A DNA stretch of 64,000 bases from Dehalococcoidia bacterium (GTDB lineage: Bacteria > Chloroflexota > Dehalococcoidia > Plut-88900): the NCBI GenBank assembly GCA_965249275.1, contig CBDFLQ010000006.1, positions 512,001 to 576,000 on the forward strand, given 5' to 3'. Every line of letters begins with the position of its first letter. The first letter of the stretch is position 1. Of this stretch, positions 58,438 to 64,000 are shown piece by piece. The notes beneath the pieces are model-generated. The model saw nothing but the letters and a program-made list of their open reading frames with translations. It was not told the DNA's origin and did not search any database. Position numbers and translations under genes: made by a program.

Positions 58438-58755
58438 TTGGCTAAGAATATCGCTGTAAAACAGAAACGTTTGCCGCCGCAGCGCACCTGCGTCTCATGC
58501 CGCAGGGTGATGGACAAGCGTACATTGGTCAGGCTCGTACGCACGCCCGAGGGGGAAATCGAAATAGACGCTAGCGGCAAGATGTCGGGCAGGGGAGCAT
58601 ACCTGTGTTCTGACTACCAATGCTGGCACGGCGCAGTCGGCTCCCAGCGTCTGGCACGCGCCCTAAAGTGCAGCATCCCCCCAGACTCCTTGAACGCCTT
58701 TAAGGATTACGCAGAGAAGCTAAATCCAGAGGTGTTGGCAACTTCAAAGAATTGA
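58438..58755 (+). CDS. ylxR: YlxR (RnpM/DUF448) RNA-binding protein
   Basis: PQRTCVSCR, LVRLVR, GRGAYLC; nusA-infB synteny. Confidence 0.92.
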   Translation: MAKNIAVKQKRLPPQRTCVSCRRVMDKRTLVRLVRTPEGEIEIDASGKMSGRGAYLCSDYQCWHGAVGSQRLARALKCSIPPDSLNAFKDYAEKLNPEVLATSKN

Positions 58756-58799
58756 AATAGCAGGTCCGGGCCTAGAACCCGGAGCATCCGAGCAATATA

Positions 58800-60629
58800 T
58801 TGGTTTCAAGACAGTCCAATCCCCCAAGAAGCAGGACGGTCCGACAAGGTGTTAACGTCGAGACCCGGCCGGTGTCTGGGCCTCCCTTGGAGATCCCGAG
58901 CGCCATAGCGGTCCAGTCCTTATCCGAACTCATGCGGGCCAGCGGCATCGAGGTCATCAAGCAGTTGATGCGCCGCGGGGTAATGGCGAATATCACCCAG
59001 GTGATCGACTACGAGACCGCCTCTATCATCGCCACAGACTTTGGTTTCTCTCCACAACTGGAGGAGAGAAAGGGCACGAGTGTCAGGGATACCAGCGACG
59101 CGGAAGCAGCGGACGAAGATGAAAATCTCGTGCCGCGGGCCCCGATAGTCACCATCCTGGGCCACGTAGACCACGGAAAGACTTCGCTGCTGGACGTTAT
59201 CAGAAACACCTCCGTTACCACTTCCGAAAAGGGAGGCATAACCCAGCACATCGGCGCCTACCAGGTGAGCGTGGACGGTCAGCCCGTCACCTTCCTGGAC
59301 ACGCCGGGCCACCAGGCCTTTACGGCCATGAGGGCCCGCGGGGCCCAGGTAACGGACATAGCTATCCTAGTTGTTGCCGCGGACGACGGCGTTATGCCGC
59401 AAACCCGAGAGGCCATTGACCACGCCAAGGCGGCGAAGGTCCCGATCATCGTAGCCATAAACAAGATGGACATGGCCGGGGCCAATCCGGACCGAATAAA
59501 ACAGCAGCTTTCCGAACTAGGGCTTATCCCGGAGGAGTGGGGCGGGGACACGATAGTCGTGCCCTTATCGGCGAAAACCCAGGAGGGGATACCGGACCTG
59601 CTGGAAAACATCGTCCTGGTCGCCGAGGTAGGCGAGTTGAAGAGCAATCCGGATGGGATGGCCCGGGGCGTAGTGGTTGAGGCTAAGCTGGACTCGGCCA
59701 GAGGACCTATCGCCACCGTGTTAATCCAATCCGGCACCCTAAAGGCGGGAGCCCGATTCTTCGCCGGTGAGACTAAGGGTAAAGTCCGCGCCCTGTTCGA
59801 CCATCAGGGGCAGCGGCTCTGGGAGGCCGGCCCCGCATTCCCCGTCGAGGTGCTGGGGTTCGACAGCGTACCCAGGACGGGGGACATCCTGACCGGTGTG
59901 GAGGCGGGGCGAAAGTCTACCTCTGCTTCAGAGCGGCGTGAGCGTCAGATGGCAGTCCGGGACGAATGGCACGGTGACGCCGAGGCCCTCCAAGCCCAGG
60001 TCCGTGTCGGTTACAGCAAGGAGCTCAACGTAATCCTGAAGACGGACGTGGAGGGCAGCGGAGAGGCACTGCGAAGCGCCCTGGAAGATCTATCCACGGA
60101 TGAGGTGGCGGTCAAGATCATTCGCACCAGCAGTGGAATAGTCACCGAGACCGACGTCCTTCTAGCTTCCGCCTCTGACGCAGTGATCCTGGGATTCAAC
60201 ACCAAGGACGATGCCGGGGCCAGGCGATTGGCCGACCTTGAGGATGTGAACATCCGCCACTATGACATCATCTACGGCATGCTGGACTTCGTTTCCGCCG
60301 CCGTATCCGGGATGCTGGAGCCGGTCTACAAGGAGACGGTCGAGGCCAGGGCGTTGGTCAAGGAAGTGTTCGAGGTGAAGGGTGGCAAGGCGGCAGGTAT
60401 AGGCGTAGGCGAAGGCAGGTTGAGCCGCAACGCTCTAATCCGCGTCTTACGGAAGGGCAGCGTAGTCCACGAGGGCAGGATAAAGAGCTTGCGCCACTTC
60501 AAGGACAACGTCAGGGAGATCGCCTCGGGGTCCGAGGGAGGCCTCGGGTTGGACGGGTTCGACAGCTTCGAAGCCGGAGACGAATTGGTCGCCTTCCGTA
60601 AAGAGCTGGTTCCCAACACAGCCAACTGA
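58800..60629 (+). CDS. infB: Translation initiation factor IF-2 (short form)
   Basis: [30 protein letters not shown]. Confidence 0.97.
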   Translation: MVSRQSNPPRSRTVRQGVNVETRPVSGPPLEIPSAIAVQSLSELMRASGIEVIKQLMRRGVMANITQVIDYETASIIATDFGFSPQLEERKGTSVRDTSDAEAADEDENLVPRAPIVTILGHVDHGKTSLLDVIRNTSVTTSEKGGITQHIGAYQVSVDGQPVTFLDTPGHQAFTAMRARGAQVTDIAILVVAADDGVMPQTREAIDHAKAAKVPIIVAINKMDMAGANPDRIKQQLSELGLIPEEWGGDTIVVPLSAKTQEGIPDLLENIVLVAEVGELKSNPDGMARGVVVEAKLDSARGPIATVLIQSGTLKAGARFFAGETKGKVRALFDHQGQRLWEAGPAFPVEVLGFDSVPRTGDILTGVEAGRKSTSASERRERQMAVRDEWHGDAEALQAQVRVGYSKELNVILKTDVEGSGEALRSALEDLSTDEVAVKIIRTSSGIVTETDVLLASASDAVILGFNTKDDAGARRLADLEDVNIRHYDIIYGMLDFVSAAVSGMLEPVYKETVEARALVKEVFEVKGGKAAGIGVGEGRLSRNALIRVLRKGSVVHEGRIKSLRHFKDNVREIASGSEGGLGLDGFDSFEAGDELVAFRKELVPNTAN

Positions 60630-60688
60630 TCCCAACCCCATGTCCCCGTTCATCCCCGACCATCCGGCGCGCCACGGGAGCCCCAACC

Positions 60689-61063
60689 ATGAGTAGGCGA
60701 ACTCTAAGAATCAATGAGCTTCTGCGCGAGGAGCTGAGCGTTCTGCTCCAGAGGAACGTGCGGGACCCAAGGCTCAACCGAATGCTCTCCATAACCTCCG
60801 TGTCAGTGTCCAACGATCACAAGGCGGCTACGGTCCACGTGAGCGCCATGGGCACTGACGACGAGAAGTCGGAGGTTTTTCAAGGGCTTAAGGCCGCCGG
60901 CAGCTATCTACGCAAAAGCCTGGGGGACCGGCTCTCGCTCCGATACATACCCCGTCTCGACTTCCAGATGGACGACTCTATCGAACGCGGGGCGAGGCTA
61001 AACAGCATCATAAACAACCTTGATCTCCCCGAAGAAGACCCGGAGGCGGCAAGCGAGATTTGA
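60689..61063 (+). CDS. rbfA: Ribosome-binding factor A
   Basis: RDPRL, LRYIPRLDF..DDSIERG; synteny. Confidence 0.95.
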   Translation: MSRRTLRINELLREELSVLLQRNVRDPRLNRMLSITSVSVSNDHKAATVHVSAMGTDDEKSEVFQGLKAAGSYLRKSLGDRLSLRYIPRLDFQMDDSIERGARLNSIINNLDLPEEDPEAASEI

Positions 61064-62016
61064 GCGTTTCAGGAATACTAAACCTCAACAAGCCAATCGA
61101 TTGCACGTCTTTCGACATGGTGAAGCGTATCAGAAGGCTGTCCGGGGAGAAGAAGGTGGGCCACGGGGGAACTCTCGACCCCCTGGCCTCGGGGGTGCTG
61201 CCCATATGTATGGGCCGGGCGACCCGGGTGAGCGAGTTTCTAGCCGACTCCAGCAAGACCTACCGCGCCGTCGTTACCTTTGGCGCCGCCACGGACACCT
61301 ATGACGCCGAGGGTAAGGTAACCGAGGAAAAGGATGCCTCCCACCTTACTCGGGAGATAGTGGAGGAGTCGCTAGGCCCGTTCCGCGGCATCATCATGCA
61401 GGAACCCCCTATGTACAGCGCCCTCAAGCACGAGGGCAAGCGTCTCTACGAGCTGGCACGGGAGGGGATAACGGTAGAGCGACCCAAACGTGAGACGGCC
61501 GTACACAAGCTGGAAATCATAGACTGGGACCCGCCCCGTGCAACTATTTACGTAGACTGCGGCCGAGGCACGTACGTGCGGTCACTGGCCCATGACATAG
61601 GCCAGGACCTGGAGGTGGGGGCGCATCTGACGGAGCTCGTGAGGCTGCGTACTGGGCCCTTCGATATACAGGACTCGGTCACACTCGAGCAGTTCGAGGA
61701 GGCCGTGGACAACGGGCGTTGGGAGGACCTTATTTTCCCGACGGACTTCGCTATGTCCAACATGCCCGCCGCAATACTTGACCGGAAGGGGGAAAGAGCC
61801 GCAACCAACGGCCAGCCGATCCCAGTCTCCTACCCCGACTACGACAGGATAACCACCGCGGCGGCACAACTATCGAACGCCTTCCGAGAGCCCGGCGAGC
61901 TGATCCTCTGTCGAGCCTATTCACTGGACGGCCGTTTTCTCGCCGTGATCTCGGCGCCCACGCCCCGGGGCCCGTGGAGCCCCAAGCGGGTCTTCGCCCC
62001 GCAGGAAGAGGGCTGA
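61060..62016 (+). CDS. truB: tRNA pseudouridine(55) synthase
   Basis: KVGHGGTLDPLASGVL, PPMYSALK, GTYVRSLAHD. Confidence 0.97.
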   Translation: MSVSGILNLNKPIDCTSFDMVKRIRRLSGEKKVGHGGTLDPLASGVLPICMGRATRVSEFLADSSKTYRAVVTFGAATDTYDAEGKVTEEKDASHLTREIVEESLGPFRGIIMQEPPMYSALKHEGKRLYELAREGITVERPKRETAVHKLEIIDWDPPRATIYVDCGRGTYVRSLAHDIGQDLEVGAHLTELVRLRTGPFDIQDSVTLEQFEEAVDNGRWEDLIFPTDFAMSNMPAAILDRKGERAATNGQPIPVSYPDYDRITTAAAQLSNAFREPGELILCRAYSLDGRFLAVISAPTPRGPWSPKRVFAPQEEG

Positions 62017-62078
62017 GCTTCGCCTTGTTCGCTGGCTCTGAGACCGGGAGCAGGGAAGGGGAGTCGGGGCGGTTAAAC

Positions 62079-62107
62079 TTGACAGTAAAGGATGCCATTG
62101 CTAAAGT
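62079..62107 (+). promoter_or_regulatory. Sigma70-type promoter ahead of a ~330-nt leader
   Basis: TTGACA-17-TAAAGT with TG extension. Confidence 0.6.
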
Positions 62108-62434
62108 CACAGCGAGACAGACGGTGGTCCAATGGCGGTCGAGAAAGGCACCGGCGCAAGTAATCGGAGTGGTCCTGCAGGGTAAACTTCGCAAATCTAT
62201 CAAATGTCAGGGTCTCGAAGGGCGGGCGGAAAGCGTTTCGCTACCGATCCCGTACGATAGAGACCCGTATACCCCTCCCACCAGCCCGTCTATGACCAAT
62301 TACAAGTCCCACTAAATCCCAGCACTTCCGGCTGCCAGGCATGGCCACCCCGAAACCGGGGACGAATACAACGCCTGGTTCCGGCCCCAATATCCTCTAG
62401 GACAAAGGTTACCGACACCCCACTCGAAAGACCA

Positions 62435-63442
62435 ATGCTTTGGAAGTATGTGGCGTTTCTTATCGCACTGGCCTTCGTCGCTCCCCTGCCTAGAAGAGCG
62501 GGCTATTCTATTGCCCGCATAGTTGCGGACCTGTCCTTCTTGACCTCAAAGCGCGCCAAGAAGAACCTCTCCGAAAACTTGCGCAACGTCCTGGGTCCCG
62601 ATGCCAGTGAAGACCTTGTCAACCACTGCGCCCTGGAAGTGTCCCGCAACATGTCTCGAAACATCTTTGACTTGATCAACATGCCGCGTTTGGACCCTCA
62701 ATCTCTTGAAAAGCCAATTTCTATTAACGGCTGGGAGCACATGGAAGAAGCACTGTCCCGGGGCAAGGGAGTAGTGCTGGCCTCTATCCACATGGGAAAC
62801 ATGGATATGTCGATCCAGGTGATGAGGGCCCGGGGCGTGGATTTGACCATCATCGCCGAGGTCGAGGAACCGAAGCAGCTATACCAGCTGACCCACCGCC
62901 TGAGAGGGTACAATGGCATATCCATCCTCCCGGTGACTTACTCGGGGATCAAGCAGGCCATGAAGAAGCTGCGACAGGGAGAAGTCGTGGCCATAGCCTG
63001 TGACCGAGCAATCCAGGGCAGTGGCGAATACCGGGATTTCTTCGGCAAGAAGGCGTTACTGCCCATCGGAGGCGTTGAAATGGCGTACCGGACCGGCGCC
63101 GCCATATTGCCGGCCTTCACAGTAAGGACCGGGGGAAACAGTTTCTCAATGTATTTCGAGCCACCCATCATTCTCGACCGGCAAGATGGAAAAGCCAAGA
63201 GCATTCAGTCGGGGCTGGAAAAGATCGGAGCTCTCATGGAGCAGTACATTTCCCGGCACCCCGACCAATGGATGGTCTTCGAACCAGTCTGGCATGAGGA
63301 GTCCTTAGCCCCAAGGAAGACCGCCTCCCTCGGCGACGGTCGGAGAGCTGTGAATGGTGTAGCCGCCAGGACATCAGATTCCAACGGACGCCGACCCGGG
63401 ACCGGGGCTTCAATCCCCTCTGGCCCACCCTCAAAACATTGA
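62435..63442 (+). CDS. Lysophospholipid acyltransferase (LpxL/PatA-like)
   Basis: GKGVVLASIHMGNMD (HX4D), ACDR, FFGKKA, PDQW. Confidence 0.88.
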   Translation: MLWKYVAFLIALAFVAPLPRRAGYSIARIVADLSFLTSKRAKKNLSENLRNVLGPDASEDLVNHCALEVSRNMSRNIFDLINMPRLDPQSLEKPISINGWEHMEEALSRGKGVVLASIHMGNMDMSIQVMRARGVDLTIIAEVEEPKQLYQLTHRLRGYNGISILPVTYSGIKQAMKKLRQGEVVAIACDRAIQGSGEYRDFFGKKALLPIGGVEMAYRTGAAILPAFTVRTGGNSFSMYFEPPIILDRQDGKAKSIQSGLEKIGALMEQYISRHPDQWMVFEPVWHEESLAPRKTASLGDGRRAVNGVAARTSDSNGRRPGTGASIPSGPPSKH

Positions 63443-64000
63443 ACATAGGATTCGTATCGATATATGACTTTGGATATCCCGGAGGAGTCAACCTCCACGT
63501 CGCTAACCTTGCAGAGCAGTTCTCGAAGGAGGGGCACCGGGTCCGGATAATTGCACCCTGCTCCAAGGATACCGACCAATTTGGCAAGGACAAGCTGATC
63601 CCGCTCGGCTGGTCGATCCCCCTGCACACCGCCGGCACCACTGCCCGGATCGTCCTGTCCATGAGGCTCGCCAACAAGGTCAAGCCGCTCCTCGAACGGG
63701 AGAACTTCGATCTGATCCATTACCATGAACCCCTCTGCCCCACCCTTCCCACCACCATCCTGAGAAACTCCAAGGCTGTTAACGTGGCTACCTTTCATGC
63801 CTTCCACGGCGCCCGCAGGATCGTAGGGGTGTCCTGTGCGGACAGGGCATACACGATCTTCAACGGATACGTCCGGAAGCACTGGCTAAGTCGTCTTCAC
63901 GCGAAGATAGCGGTCTCCCAGGCGGCGCTGGAATTCGTATCGAGACACTTCCCCGGGGACTACACCATCATCCCCAACGGTATAGACCTGGAGAGGTTCC
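63439..64000 (+). CDS. GT4 glycosyltransferase, PimA-like (3'-truncated; absent from ORF track)
   Basis: TTG start overlapping upstream stop; own translation MNIGFVSIYDFGYPGGVNLHV...DLIHYHEP...ATFH...IAVS...IIPNGID. Confidence 0.85.
   Translation, partial: MNIGFVSIYDFGYPGGVNLHVANLAEQFSKEGHRVRIIAPCSKDTDQFGKDKLIPLGWSIPLHTAGTTARIVLSMRLANKVKPLLERENFDLIHYHEPLCPTLPTTILRNSKAVNVATFHAFHGARRIVGVSCADRAYTIFNGYVRKHWLSRLHAKIAVSQAALEFVSRHFPGDYTIIPNGIDLERF

Overview
GC-rich bacterial chromosomal window, by gene content most likely Chloroflexota/Dehalococcoidia (SAR202-like; inference). The left half is an accessory catabolic region: seven Amidohydro_2 paralogs, two LLM flavin monooxygenases, a Rieske oxygenase, an HcnABC/opine-oxidase-like trio, family III CoA-transferases, MFS transporters, a Doc toxin-antitoxin pair and an IS481 inserted into a REP cluster. 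The right half has housekeeping genes: thrS, tRNA-Pro(GGG), rsmI, sthA, tRNA-Val(GAC), nusA-ylxR-infB-rbfA-truB and a PatA/PimA-like pair. Two unannotated items stand out. (1) Two diverged copies of a ~740-bp non-coding unit (14175-14911 + and 44689-45439 -). Each has its own promoter with a LexA-box-like spacer, conserved 5' and 3' blocks, and an unrelated hairpin-rich core clamped by a long-range helix; this is a candidate new large structured RNA family. (2) An 8.3-kb cargo transposon (48213-56523) with 31-bp dif-like terminal inverted repeats and an 8-bp target duplication. It carries a single central DDE transposase, a Kiwa-like defence pair, an HhH glycosylase-like gene and a DUF5678 plus aspartyl-protease module. 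All calls are by eye from motifs; no database search or folding was run.
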